A stretch of 64,000 nucleotides of DNA from Vitrella brassicaformis CCMP3155. Its lineage: Eukaryota; Protista; Chromerida. A program made the position numbers and the translations under genes. Location of the stretch: positions 83,632 through 147,631 of the forward strand of contig CDMY01000254.1 of NCBI GenBank assembly GCA_001179505.1, in the 5' to 3' direction. Below, in pieces: positions 12,513 to 24,859 of this stretch; positions within the stretch are counted from its first letter, which is position 1, and every line of letters begins with the position of its first letter. A model generated the notes under the pieces. The model saw nothing but the letters and a program-made list of their open reading frames with translations. It had not been told where the DNA came from and ran no database searches.

Positions 12513-14920
12513 TCACTCAATATCATTGTTTGGATCGTTGAGACGACGATGAGACAGGACGTTCGTATTGCCCAGCCAGCCACCACTCTCTGAGATCCTT
12601 GAGCTGCTCTTGGTGCTGGTCGGCCACTTGCTCGGTGCCGTCCCAGCAGAAGCTGCAACGACGCCTGGAACGGACGTTGAATTAAAACACGTGATGTCAC
12701 ACGAGATTTCTTCCCACCTTAGCGGCCCCCTCATTCCGCTCTTCTGTCTGCGTTGTCGTCCTGCTGTCCTGAAGCTGCTCTCCTCCATACATGTGCACGC
12801 TCTGTCGGGGAGGTCCACGTCTCTGGACGCTGTCGCTGATGTTAGGTCACGGTAGGCCAGGAGCACAGCATGCCAGTACTCTCGCAGCGCCGACGCAGAC
12901 ATATATTCGCGGAAGAACGACAAGGCGTTATCTGAAACGCATGGCCGCAATGTGCCGCCTGTCAAAGCAGTACAGATTACCTGCCAGGCGCTTGGCCTCA
13001 TGGTCGTTGTCTCGCAGCCATTCCACCTGCAGGAAAAGACAGACAGAGGGAGGCCGTCCGATGTCCCACGTCCTCAGCAATGTGTTACGTACCACTTCGG
13101 TGACATTATTTTCGTCGACGATGAGATACTCGTGGCCCGGGCGAGCCGCGGCGTAGAAGAACTCAATGGCGGGATTCGCCCACCTCAAAACAGTCGCACC
13201 TAATGGGGTACGTCATTATACATCATGTCGTCCGGTGTGACTTACGGAAGTGCTGTTTTCGTCTCACCAAGTCCCATGATGTGTTGCAGGTGTCTAGAGT
13301 ATGTGTTGGCGAGCTTGCCGGGCATCGACAACACGTATTTGAAGTCCGCAACATGCGAAATGTTTGCTGAACTGCCAAGGACTTCTCCGCTCGACACGCG
13401 AACGAGGTCTTCGTCGCTGAACATGTGCAAATCAGCCTATAAGATAAAAGTTTGCGGACGTTGCACACCGGTGTCTTGCACTATTTGCCTGCCCACCCAT
13501 TGTTTGATGACATCGGCGTTTGGCTGCTGTCCGTCCACCCAGGCGACATCGAACACATCTTGCCGACGCGACGCCGTCAACACCAACTTAGCACGTTCAA
13601 TGCCACTGAAATACGGACTGAACAACGAATGCGCATGGACAAGCGTGCAGGCAATCCAGAGCCAGACGTTGTTTTTACCCGCATGTTCCCCGGTAGAATG
13701 CCTTGGTCGTTCTCCTTTGCCATGGGTGCGACACGGCGAGCCGCATCAGCTCCTCCGCCCTGTCGCCCCACAGAGGCTGCATGATGTATCGCTGGCCCTC
13801 GGTAGTGTTAGACGCAGACGTGAGAGCACCGAAATAGATATTCGGTGTCAAGATGCACCCTGCAGATGACAGGCACATGACACGAAATATCTTGTGCATG
13901 TCCGGCCTACCTGGCATTTCCTGCATGCGTTTGACTGGGTCATCGCGCGTCGATCGCGTCATGCACAGGGCGGGGAGGGCCTTCCAGTTGAGGGAGTAGC
14001 GCTTCGTGTGCACCTCCTGGTGACGGTGGTAGTGTAGGTGCCCATGAGTCCTCCTCACACGAGCCCGCATACGCCTCAGGCTGACCCTGTGACTCGGCCC
14101 ATGTGCGCTGGTTCGCGTCGCGTTGGTGGCCAGCAGGACTGTGTCAGAGCCCCCTTTGCCAGCATGCTGCTCATTGTCGGATCTCAGGTAGCAGTTGCGT
14201 CCTACGATCGAAAAGCCGATGAACAGAGGCGTTCTGTCCGTCTGGTATCAAGTCGAATACCATCTTGTGTCGGGTCGAAGAGGAACATCATGTCAGGGAA
14301 ATCATACTGCAAAACACGCAGACGCATGACCGTCATGTGATGGATCTTATTCATTCAGCTGCCTATGTACCTCTTGCACAAGACTTCGCATTGTTTCGTC
14401 AAACAGGGTGAACCTGAATATCTGGTTGCCGTAGAAGTCGTGCACCTGACGGCGAGAGTCACTTCGGAGACCAGTGGATATGCGTATTCATGTCGCTTCT
14501 TCAGTCACCTTAGAGTCAGGCAGATAGTAGATCCCTCCCTACCATGCCCACATTGCACCATCCCCGCAACGGGCATGAAGTTGCACGTTGCGCCGTTTGC
14601 GTGTACCTTATAGATGTAGACCGCCGCATGCTGACCTGTCCGCGTCCCTGTAAGACAACAGCACGGAGGCAACAGATCATCCCCTTCTTTCCGTAAATCA
14701 CCGCAGTATTCCAGGTCATCCTGTGAGATTTCCGCGGATGCAGATGAACGGAATGGGTGGATCTGCTGGTGAATCTCCTCGTCAAGTACGTGCCTACATC
14801 ACTCAGTCATATCCATTCCGTCGCGTCCGTTTGTCCTCCCACCTCATTCTTTCCTTACCAGGCCGGATGGGCAGTGACGAGGCCTAAGCCTATGAATGCA
14901 ATCGTGAGAAGTCGACTCAT
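12513..14920 (-). CDS. GT90 (CAP10/Rumi-POGLUT-like) glycosyltransferase, multi-exon; C-terminus uncertain
   Basis: Signal peptide MSRLLTIAFIGLGLVTAHP; HPWQRRTTKAFYRG; FKYVLSMPGKLANTYSRHLQHIMGLG; IEFFYAAARPGHEYLIV; VEWLRDNDHEAKRLAGN; LREYWHAVLLAY. Confidence 0.82.
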
Positions 14921-15020
14921 AGTGTCATATGGATGGATCTTTAGTGCCTCGAAAAACCCTTTCCTAGGGTTTGGGTTGCGACGGCGACTTCCTCCCTTCC
15001 ATCCCCCATCCTTGGCGAAA

Positions 15021-16411
15021 ATGTGGAGCCGGTCCGCTTGTCGTCTTTTGAGAGGCTGCGCAACTCACTCGTCAACAGCGCAGTCATCGGTGGCCGCATG
15101 CCAAGCAGCGACGGACTCGGCTCATCGTCTGGGTGTGACCAGCCTGCTCGTGGGTGCATCCGTCTGTGTGGGAGGCGCGGCGTGGTGGGAGAGGCAGCGG
15201 TATCGTCAGAGTGGGAGAGTGGCGCGCTGTGACATCAACACCAATGCCAATGCCAACGCCAACAATCACCGGAACCCGCTGTGGCGGAGCCAGGAGCGCA
15301 AGCCCATCGAGAAGAAGATCGAGGAGTCGCTCATCTTGTCGGGCAACTCGAATGTGCCTCTGGCTGAGGGCATCGCCAACCACCTGGGCAAGAAGCTCGG
15401 CTCCATCCAGCTCAAGCGGTTCGCCGACGGGGAGGTGTCGCTGCAGATCATGGACTCTTTGCGCGGCAAGGACGTGTACCTCATCCAGCCCACATCGCCG
15501 CCCGTCAACGAGCACCTGATGGAGCTGCTCCTCATGATCAGCACATGCCGCCGCTCGTCAGCCAAGAAGATCACCGCCGTCATCCCCTACTACGGCTACG
15601 CCAGGCAGGACCGCAAGCTCAGCAGCCGCGTGCCCATTTCTGCCGCCGACGTGGCCCGGCTGATCGAGACCATGGGTGTCGACCGGGTCGTCGCCGTCGA
15701 CCTGCATTGCGGCCAGATCCAGGGCTTCTTCGGTCCTCGAGTGCCCGTCGATAACCTCGAGGCACAGATCATCGGACTCGAGTATTTTTTGAACAAGAAC
15801 CTCCAGAAGCCCATCATCGTGTCACCCGACGCAGGTGGCGTCTACCGCGCGCGCAAGTTCCAGGAGGGGCTGATCTCACGGGGCATGGACGACGTCGGCA
15901 TCGCCATGCTCATCAAGCAGCGTGCGGGAGCCAACAAGATCGACAGGATGGACCTCGTCGGGTCCGTCAGGGGTTCGGATGTCATCATCGTGGGTAAGCT
16001 AAATCGCACGCAAGGTGGGTGGGAGAACCGTGACATGTCTGTTGTGACATTCAGATGATATGATCGACACTGCGGGCACGTTGTGTGAGGCTGCTCGCGA
16101 GCTGCGGAAGCACGGGGCACGCCGCGTGTTCGCCTTCGCTACACACGGCCTGTTCAGCGGACCTGCACTCGACAGAATCGAGGTTCGCACACATTGACCA
16201 AGGCGAATGAAGACACATTACACACTGATGGTGTTTTCTTCAGGCGTCTCCTTTGGAGGAGGTGGTGGTCACGGATTCGATCCCGTCCAACGACCGTGTG
16301 AGAAAGTGCACCCGCATCACGCAGCTCAGCATTGCGGTGCTCGTTGCCGACGCCATACGAAGGATCCACCAGAAGGAGTCCCTCCATGACCTCTTCCACA
16401 CCCGAGCATGA
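15021..16411 (+). CDS. PRS: Ribose-phosphate pyrophosphokinase (PRPP synthetase) with N-terminal extension; 3 exons
   Basis: [62 protein letters not shown]; introns at about 15994-16034 and 16174-16243. Confidence 0.97.
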
Positions 16412-17087
16412 GGATCCACGCATGAGGTGAGGAAATGAACATTGAGCGAGCACTCACCTGATGCGATCTGTTCCTGTCGTTTCCCAGGATGCGATTGAGA
16501 GAATGCGACGAGGAAGGTGTTGCCGCATCGATGGTGATGAGGTGTCTGACAGGGCCATGACTCGATATGGTGTGGATGCATGCAGAGGGCATCCAGTGGA
16601 ATGGCATGCATGTCGTGTGTGCATGTGCGGCTGTGGGTGCATACGAGATGTGTTTCTGTGTTCGTCGGTCGGTTGGTGTAGTCACTGCAGACTCGAAGGG
16701 ACATAACGTGATCGTTACGGATTGAATCAGACTCCGTTCGTGGCTCTGTTCACACGTCGCACACAACCGACGACCAAGCGAGACACAATCACTTTGCGTC
16801 TTCTTTTGCCAACCAAGAGACGGTCATTCCGAGAAACATTCCCAACGAGAACTCCCCGACAAACATCCCAACGCATGAATCCATCAGCCACACATGAATG
16901 CATTCATCCATACCGACCAGCAGATTGTGGTGCGCCTTTAGATCGCACAGACAGACAGACAGACAGACGAAGACAGACACATCAACCAATCAACCCAACG
17001 TATCCAAATAAAAAAGCCCTTCGCACTTTCTTGTGATCACTGGAAGCCGCGTTTGAGAAGAGAAAAACATAATTAAAAAAAAAAACA

Positions 17088-18657
17088 ATGGAGATGACTC
17101 CCTTTTGCTTTACAGAATTTGAGGCACGATTTATACTGTCATGTGACCGAGCATCGGTGGTATGGGAGGTGCAAGCAACGAGTAAGTATATATCCGAGCA
17201 CAAGTGCATGTTGCCGCTCCACTCTGACTGTGGCTGTTTTATCTGCAGCGCCGACCCCGGCTGGCTTCGATCGGCTCAGGCTTCATCGACAAGGGCACGC
17301 GGATGGTCAGAGGAGGAGGACAAGGCGCTCCGCGAGCTCCATGACACCATGACGAAGGATGGCGGCGTCATCAGGTCAGATACAGACTCATGGTTGGTGG
17401 CTGACGATGGTGGCTGTTTGGTTCTCGTCAGATATGAGGCGCTGCGTGAGCAATTGGCGGCAAAGGGCTACAAGCGTGAGGAGCCGGAGATCTGCTTTCG
17501 CTGGATACTCCTGGACAAGCTTTTGGCACTAGCGGGTCCTGCGACAGCAAGGCGTTCCGGTCGTCACTGGACACGAGCAGAAGTAGAGGAACTCCTCCAC
17601 GGCGTACACTGCAACATCCCGTAAGCTGCACCCATTCAATTCATGACAACGAGTTGTCCTCATTTGGTCGTATCAGGAGGGATGTCATTGCAGCGGGGCT
17701 GCGCAGAAGCGTGTCGGCGTGTCTGCAAAGGTGCGCTCTCTATCGATCTTCCGCTGACGAACTCCGCCTGGCCCGTCACTCCATCTTTTGGCTTCCATCG
17801 GACCTGGAGCTGCTCAAGACAATGCGTCAGGAGGGACTCAAGTAAGCAAACAGTACCACCACAGTCATTGTCTGATGTTTGCTGCTTCTCCCTGTGTCAT
17901 GTGTGTCCATGCAGGTGGTCTGCCATCGCCATGGAGCTGGGTCGGTCTGAGGCTGCCTGCAAGCTCAAGTACTACAAGGAGGTGCCGCCTGAGGAGAGGG
18001 ACCGGGCGGCCGGTCGCTGGAGCGTCGCTGATGTCCAGCGGCTAAAGGAGTTGTACGGGAGGCGGCGCGAGTATGCTTACACCACTTCCAAATCGACAGC
18101 CTCTTACCTGAGTGTCTCCCTGTGTCATGTGTGTCCATCTAGGTGGTCTGCCATCGCCATCGAGCTGGGTCGGTCTGAGGGTGCCTGCAGGTTGAAGTAC
18201 AACAGGGAGGTTCCGCCAGAGATGAGGAGGAGGGCTGCGCCATCCTCTCTCTCTTCCCCCTCTTCATCGGCAGCCGTCCCACATCCGTCACCCTCAGGCG
18301 TCCCCAGCATCGTGGACTGGGGACCGGGAAGGGACCTCTGCGGGTCCCTTCCCGGTGCCCAGGCCGCCCTTCTCTGCGGGTCCCTCCCCGCCACCAACGC
18401 TGACGGGACAGCCATCCCAATTGGTCCCGGTGATCCCGCCGCTGCCTCTAACCGCTCCGCCGCCCTACCTCCAGACCTATCTCCAGTCGCGCTGTATCGT
18501 CCAAGATCGCAAAAGGCCAGCAGAACCGCAATTGAGTCGGGGCCCTCAGACCAAGCGGTCACGCATTCATTGGATAGAAGAACGGTGGAAGGTTCCATGC
18601 ACCGAGTCTGCTTCTGTGTCCGGGGGACAGGTGGCTGACATCCATCCGTCCACCTGA
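17088..18657 (+). CDS. Myb/SANT-repeat DNA-binding protein, multi-exon; 3' end uncertain
   Basis: Repeats WSEEEDKALRELH, WTRAEVEELL, W...SDLELLKTMRQEGLK|WSAIAMELGRSEAACKLKY and WSVADVQRLKELY...|WSAIAIELGRSEGACRLKY. Confidence 0.8.
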
Positions 18658-18681
18658 CCAGTGAATCAATCAGTCAATCAC

Positions 18682-19028
18682 CGGTGACCCGGTGACGTGT
18701 GACGGTGTGTGGGGACACGATGCCAACGTGTTCATCGCCCACATGGCTCATGCGCTGTTGGAGAAGGAGGGGTGGAAGGGTCGGGGGTTCAGTCATGTGT
18801 CTGGATGGATTCGCTCTCGCTTGTCTATCGCCCTCGCGCGTGCGACTAGCTTCTGTCTGCGTGGGGGAGGGAGGGGAGGGTTTGCGGGACTGGGGTGTGC
18901 TGATGGGGCGGGGATTGATCCCTCCTCCCCTTGAGCCTGTTTGAGTCTGCGTGCTGATGGGACTGTATTTGTATGAGTATCACGGACACACAGACGAGTG
19001 TTACGGTTAATGACAGTTTCCCCCCCCC
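18682..19028 (+). mobile_element. 5'-truncated non-LTR retrotransposon (REL-endonuclease, CRE-like clade) 3' end with C-run tail and 13-bp flanking direct repeat
   Basis: DGVWGHDANVFIAHMAHALLEKEGWKGRGFSHVSGWIRSRLSIALARATSFCLRG resembles the C-terminus of REL-type elements. ATCAGTCAATCAC occurs at 18669-18681 and 19029-19041. Ends in TTT-C9. Confidence 0.8.
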
Positions 19029-19239
19029 ATCAGTCAATCACTGAATCACTCAGCCGCGGCCGTCTCGCCGGCTAGAGCTTCTTCTGTCCCAGCAGTGCTG
19101 AGCAGTGCGGGAGAGCTCCAGTATCTCTCCCGCCGCACTATTTATGGACACCTAACACTTTCTGACTGCATGCACCGTCGCGTCAGTTACACGAGCGCGC
19201 CCATATAAAAGTATGGAATAGGCACATCGATTCCCATTC

Positions 19240-21668
19240 ATGAATTCCCTTCGGAGACTGTTTCCATCTCGGTGCTTCTGCTCTGCATCCGGGGCTGTCC
19301 GTGCTGATTCGTCCCTCCTCATCACGTCCACTCATGAGGGTCTCGAGAAGGCATTGGTTGCAGAGATAGCCGAGATCCAGAGAACGGCGAGGACGCCATG
19401 TCCCCCGATCCACAGCTGCGCCCTGCGCGAAAGTCCATGTGGCTTCTTGCGCGGCGTTCACATGGTGCCCTCAGCGGATCCTTCATCGACTCCGGCGCTG
19501 TCAACGGCAACGTGGGTGGAGATCAGCCATTATCTGGCGCTCTGGAGTCGCGTTGCTGAGCACATTTGGCTGCTTCTCGGCGGATCTACTTGTGTTAACG
19601 AGATGCAGCTTCTGGATTGCGTCACCTCCCTTCCATGGACATCGCTGGTTCCTTTTACTGGAGCTATTCCTCGAGTGCTGGTGCGGAGCTATCGATCGAG
19701 GCTTTGGGATGGTCCTCGTCTGTCGTCCATTGTACGTGAGGCACTTATGCGCTTCCCACATCAACCAAGCTGCGATGATGCAGTCGTGTCTTCGGAGGAG
19801 TGCCTAGTATTGGTGACACTGGAGCACAACGAAGCCCGCATATGGCTGCACATGGCGGGACAGCTCACACCGAGGCCCTTCAATTACATGCGAAAGCGGC
19901 CCACCGTCACACCTACCGACCATGAGACGACGGAAGCTGCAGCGAGCGCAACAGAGAAAGCCCGGAGCGACCCACCTATGTGGTCGTTACTTGAAGCCGC
20001 CAGATACGGGAAGGAGGCCAGCCGCTACACCTACTTGCCACCACCTCAATGGTACCCAGATCCACTTGGGAAAGGCAAGCTGACATACTTCAAACGGCGT
20101 CGATTGCAACGAGAAGCCGCTGAACGACAGGATTTGCAGGCTGAAGACCGAGGCAATGGGGAAGGAGCGGTGGCTGCTTCAAGCAGCCCTGAGAGGAATG
20201 TCAATTCGTCACTACTGCGATCTCGTCGTGGCTATCAACGTGCGGAGGTCTGGAATTGGGAGACTCCTGAGCCTGTCGCAGCTGCGCTACTTCGGTATAC
20301 GGCTTTGCCACAGTGGTGTCACAATGTGCTCAGTGAGGGGCCGAGGCGAGTGACTACAAGTCAGTCCATCGATGAACGCCTAGTGGTAAGGAGAGAGGCG
20401 GGGTGATTGTGGGTAGTGGTGGTGGTGGATTGCCTTTGATGTTCCTAGGTGTGGGACCCCTTTTGTAGCAGTGGCAGTCTTCTTCTTGAGGTGCTCGCGT
20501 ATGTAGCTGGATTGCCTGTTTCCACTCCAGAACACCCATGGACAGCGCAACGGCTGCTACTGAGGGACGAGTGGGTGGGTATGCGACAGTGGCTCGAAGA
20601 GAACCGCGACGGTTGGTGGCCGACCGATGCAGCGGCAAAACTACTCGCTCGTCTGACTCTTGTGGGGTCAGACCATCGTTCCCTTCCTGTCATTCATGTG
20701 AGAAGCCGAACAATGTTGCATGCAGGCCACAGTCACATTGCCTTTGCTCTTTCTTGTTCTTACTTCAGGCCCGCCGTCGCCTTCATTCCTTCCTGCAATA
20801 CTATGATGAAGCAGGGCTTCTTCCGCGACCCACGGAGGCGTCAACACGAGAGAGTACACCGTCTGCATCAGTCGTGCGGCCGGATGGCACCGGCCCTCGC
20901 GTGATCAGACACGTATGCTCACTCGGACATACAGCGCAGCACCCTCTAGGTCCTGCCATCCCTACATCATCTTCTGGAGAGCCTCGTCAGTCGCCAAGCC
21001 TCAAGGTGCCGCTGAACGCCGTAAGCTATGCATTGAAGGATGACCCAGAATGGAATTCAAGGTAAGGAAATAATGGATGCAGGAATGACTCAAGCTACTA
21101 CACTTTGGTCCACGAAATGCATTGACTGCAGGTTTGGCGCGGACATCTCCATCCATCGTGTGGGATTCTCACAGCTGGCTCCGTTCATCAAAACGCCTCT
21201 CATCCTCACACGGATCCCATCTGTCACGTGCGATGTAAGCGAGTGTAAGTAAGATGTGAATCAATCGGGCAGGCCAATGCGTGGAGGATCCAATTCTGTT
21301 GTGTATGTGTGTACCTGCAGCGTGGTTTGGTATCGAGCAAGATGCTGATGCTCTACGAGCAATTCGGCCAGCTTCTTATGTCCAGGCCGGACTGGAGGGG
21401 CGTGTATGTCATCGCACAGGTTCGTTGGTAGAGTGCCGCGTGGTGTAATGGATTCGATTCGCATTGGTTGCCTGTCCTTGTTCTTCAGGGCAAGACATTC
21501 ATGAACTACTCACGTCTTGCGTGGGAGGATCTCGCTACCATCACTGACGGAAAGGGACGAAAGATGAAACTGCTCAGGTCCGTCAGAGAAGCGGCTCACT
21601 CACCTGCTCCCTTCCAATCACACTCGTCATTGACCACTTGTCGTGCTGTTTTAGGTGGAGGGCTAAGT
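19240..21668 (+). CDS. THUMP-domain RNA methyltransferase (RlmL/UPF0020-like) with organellar-type presequence, multi-exon; 3' end approximate
   Basis: THEGLEKALVAEI...LALWSRVAEHIWL...LPW...VRSYRSRL (THUMP), ETPEPVAAALL, VWDPFCSSGSLLLEV (SAM-binding motif). N-terminus MNSLRRLFPSRCFCSAS looks mitochondrial. Confidence 0.8.
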
Positions 21669-22046
21669 AGACAGCGTCGGCCAATCAAAGAGATGTATGG
21701 GACCCCACGCGAACGCGTGTCGGCGAACTGTTACGAGGGGGGAGGGGCCCCCGAGTAATGGGAGGCTATCGGCCAGACGGAGAGCATAGGAAAAATGTCG
21801 GGCAACAAATAAAGACATGTTTTTCGAGAGTAATTTTTTTCGTTCCGAGGTTGGTTATGTATCCCAGAAGGGTCAGACAAGCGGACAACGTTGGAGGCTG
21901 TCGTGGAAGCTACGCATGGTGCACAGAAACTCGATTTGCTGCAAGTTTATCGTTCTGTTTGCTGAGTATATGCGGCGATTGTTGCGGGATGGGGAGGCTA
22001 CAGCTACACAAGCTTTGACGAGAGAAGCGATTCAAATCCCCCCCTT

Positions 22047-23130
22047 TTGAATGGGGGGGGGCGGGGGCCTGGTAAGAATTCAAGGCAGAAAGATGATGGG
22101 CAGGAAGAAGGACGGCAGGCATTGGCAGCTGTGGCAAAGCGTTTTCGAGGGAGACTGCAGTGCGCGCTTGGGCGCCCGGGGCGTCTGAAATTGACGTTTA
22201 TCTGTGGTTCAGTGACCATTGTTGTCGTATGCTCTCTTGTGGCTCGATAAACTGGTGGATACGCTCAGTCGCCCATGACGAAGACATCGAGAAATGGCTC
22301 AGCTTCTCATTGATTTCGCATCACCAAGGCACGTCCGGCTTGCGCCTGCCTCTGCGGAGGCCACAGACTTACAGAACAATCACGTATGGCCATCTTTGCA
22401 CTGATTGATTTGTCGTATTGTGTTCGCAGGATGTCGATTAGAGAGGTTGTCGACTATTATCGGCATTTCCCATTCACAAGGTAAAGATGAAGCCTACACA
22501 ACCGTGCGCTAGTATGGGCTGTCAAGATGCAGCTACAGCAGGAGAAGGGCCTCCTCGCCTCAAAGAAAACTGTCACCCATCAGTCGACCAAGATGGAGGA
22601 CAACCGTACACTGTCTCTATTCCTTGAGTTTTGCGCATTTTTACAATGGACACTCTTCTGACTTCCTCTTCCTCCCTGCCCTCGTGCGCCTAGCCACACA
22701 CTCCTTATCCTTCCTGTCCTTGGCGCTCTAACGACAGTATGGAGGACGCGACTCTGCACTTGGATTTTCCGTGGGGACACTCATATTATGCCCGAGTGCC
22801 CTTTCTGACTGTTAATGTATGGCTTGCAGTGTGCGTGCAGGCCCTTTCGACCAGTGGCCGTTACGGTTTCTCGAAAGAGAATGGCGGATCACGCGGCGAC
22901 CACTGCGAGTGGCGTTGTTGTTGATCAGCTCCTCATTGCCGTTGCCGTTCACCTCGTCACTGTTGTCCTCCTGGCCAACGGTATTGTTGCTTCGAGGCGA
23001 GCACCAGTGTGTCGGCCGAGGAGCTGTCAATGCTAACAGAAATGGGCCTGGGATGGCAAAAGGCGAGGTGACAGAGGCCTTCAGGAGCATACTCATCAAC
23101 ATCCTGCTCACCAAGCTTTGCAAGAGCTGA
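22047..23130 (+). CDS. Possible hypothetical multi-exon gene or gene fragment, function unknown
   Basis: Several short plus-strand ORFs with plausible splice sites and one hydrophobic segment (LTFICGSVTIVVVCSLVA). No recognised motif. Confidence 0.22.
22653..22704 (+). repeat. Dispersed ~50-bp motif, copy 1 of 3
   Basis: ctcttctgacttcctcttcctccctgccctcgtgcgcctagccacacactc; matches the minus-strand copies at about 48555-48600 and 56855-56903. Confidence 0.75.
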
Positions 23131-23353
23131 CCACACGAGACACAAGATGGAAAGACAATGAGACAAGCCTCTCAATCTTGCATCGATGCATGTATGCAGG
23201 CTGGCTATTGTAGTAGATGCTCACACATAAATAGAAAGAGCACGTAGCCAAAAATATTGAAAGAGTTCGACACTAGTGTGCTGAATTCGGGACTATCGGG
23301 TATGAGTCACTATAGCTACAAGTTCAAATGATGACAACAAAGCGACAGGAGAC

Positions 23354-23990
23354 GGGGGGGGGGGGGGGGGGAANNNNNNNNNNNNNNNNNNNNNNNNNNN
23401 NNNNNNNNNNNNNNNNNNNNNNNNNNNNNNNNNNNNNNNNNNNNNNNNNNNNNNNNNNNNNNNNNNNNNNNNNNNNNNNNNNNNNNNNNNNNNNNNNNNN
23501 NNNNNNNNNNNNNNNNNNNNNNNNNNNNNNNNNNNNNNNNNNNNNNNNNNNNNNNNNNNNNNNNNNNNNNNNNNNNNNNNNNNNNNNNNNNNNNNNNNNN
23601 NNNNNNNNNNNNNNNNNNNNNNNNNNNNNNNNNNNNNNNNNNNNNNNNNNNNNNNNNNNNNNNNNNNNNNNNNGGGGGAGACTCAACGCCGACTTGTGCC
23701 TGTCCGCCTCCGAGCTCACCAAAGCTCGCCACCGTCCTCTTCGATCTGCCGCCCGGCCGACGTGCATGGCTGCGGCTGACCTGAGTGTGGTGGGCGGTGG
23801 ACCACCGTGACGTCGGACAGGACACCTTCGCCGTCGATGGGGAAGAAGAGGTCCATGCGCTGACTGTTGGGCTGGGCGTTTGGGGGGGTTGATATCGAGA
23901 GAGCGCAGGGGCACTTCTGTGACAGCCGCGATGCCCACCTTCGCAAGGATGGCACCCCGTGGAAACCTCTTCCTCTGACCGCGCATTTTT
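23354..23990 (-). mobile_element. Degenerate REL-type non-LTR retrotransposon fragment spanning assembly gap 1, with a C18 tail on its coding strand
   Basis: ILAKVGIAAVTEVP...QRMDLFFPIDGEGVLSDVTVVH...GVESP (frameshifted) resembles the REL domain (RxD...DVTVxH). On the far side of the gap the minus strand reads TT-C18, like the 19020 copy. Confidence 0.68.
23374..23673. other. Assembly gap (300 N)
   Basis: N run flanked by G homopolymers. Confidence 1.
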
Positions 23991-24537
23991 CAAACGTCTC
24001 AAATGTGCCGAATATTTATTCCGGCAAACCGCCGAAAAATATTTAAAACAGGGCAAATAAATAAAAAATCAAGGAGGAATTAGGAAAAAAAAGAGAAACA
24101 AGGATTCTGAAAAACTGCGAAAAAGGAGAAATAAAAAACAGGCCGGACAGCTGTGTCCAATGCCATTTTCTTCTCTCACAAACCAATGTCCTTCACACAT
24201 CGAGGTGGATAGCATCGTTTGTATAATCCACACAGTCGGTCCATTTGCCCTCACACTTACGCACACATACGCACGCACACAGAAGACCATGCAGAAGACA
24301 GACATAGGATTACACACACCAAATAGAGACAATTCGTACAGACAAACAGCCAGACAGTGTTGGCAGAGGTATCACATTCATTCACAGAGACAGACAGTTG
24401 GGGCTGGTACGTACATGAACCAGCAATTAATCAACCAATCAATCAATCAACCAATCGATCAACCATTTTCCTCGATTTTTCCGGTGTCTCGGTGATGTGA
24501 CTCAGGGGGCTTGGCCCCCCCCCCCCCCCCCCCCCCC

Positions 24538-24837
24538 NNNNNNNNNNNNNNNNNNNNNNNNNNNNNNNNNNNNNNNNNNNNNNNNNNNNNNNNNNNNNNN
24601 NNNNNNNNNNNNNNNNNNNNNNNNNNNNNNNNNNNNNNNNNNNNNNNNNNNNNNNNNNNNNNNNNNNNNNNNNNNNNNNNNNNNNNNNNNNNNNNNNNNN
24701 NNNNNNNNNNNNNNNNNNNNNNNNNNNNNNNNNNNNNNNNNNNNNNNNNNNNNNNNNNNNNNNNNNNNNNNNNNNNNNNNNNNNNNNNNNNNNNNNNNNN
24801 NNNNNNNNNNNNNNNNNNNNNNNNNNNNNNNNNNNNN
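24538..24837. other. Assembly gap (300 N)
   Basis: N run flanked by C homopolymers. Confidence 1.
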
Positions 24838-24859
24838 CCCCCCCCCCCCCCAATCTCCC

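Noticed and set aside
15084-15817. Several long minus-strand ORFs
   Set aside because: Antisense shadows of the GC3-rich PRS exon; no motifs.
16945-16980. (GACA)n tract, with similar tracts in introns at about 9315 and 25705
   Set aside because: Common intronic or intergenic microsatellites.
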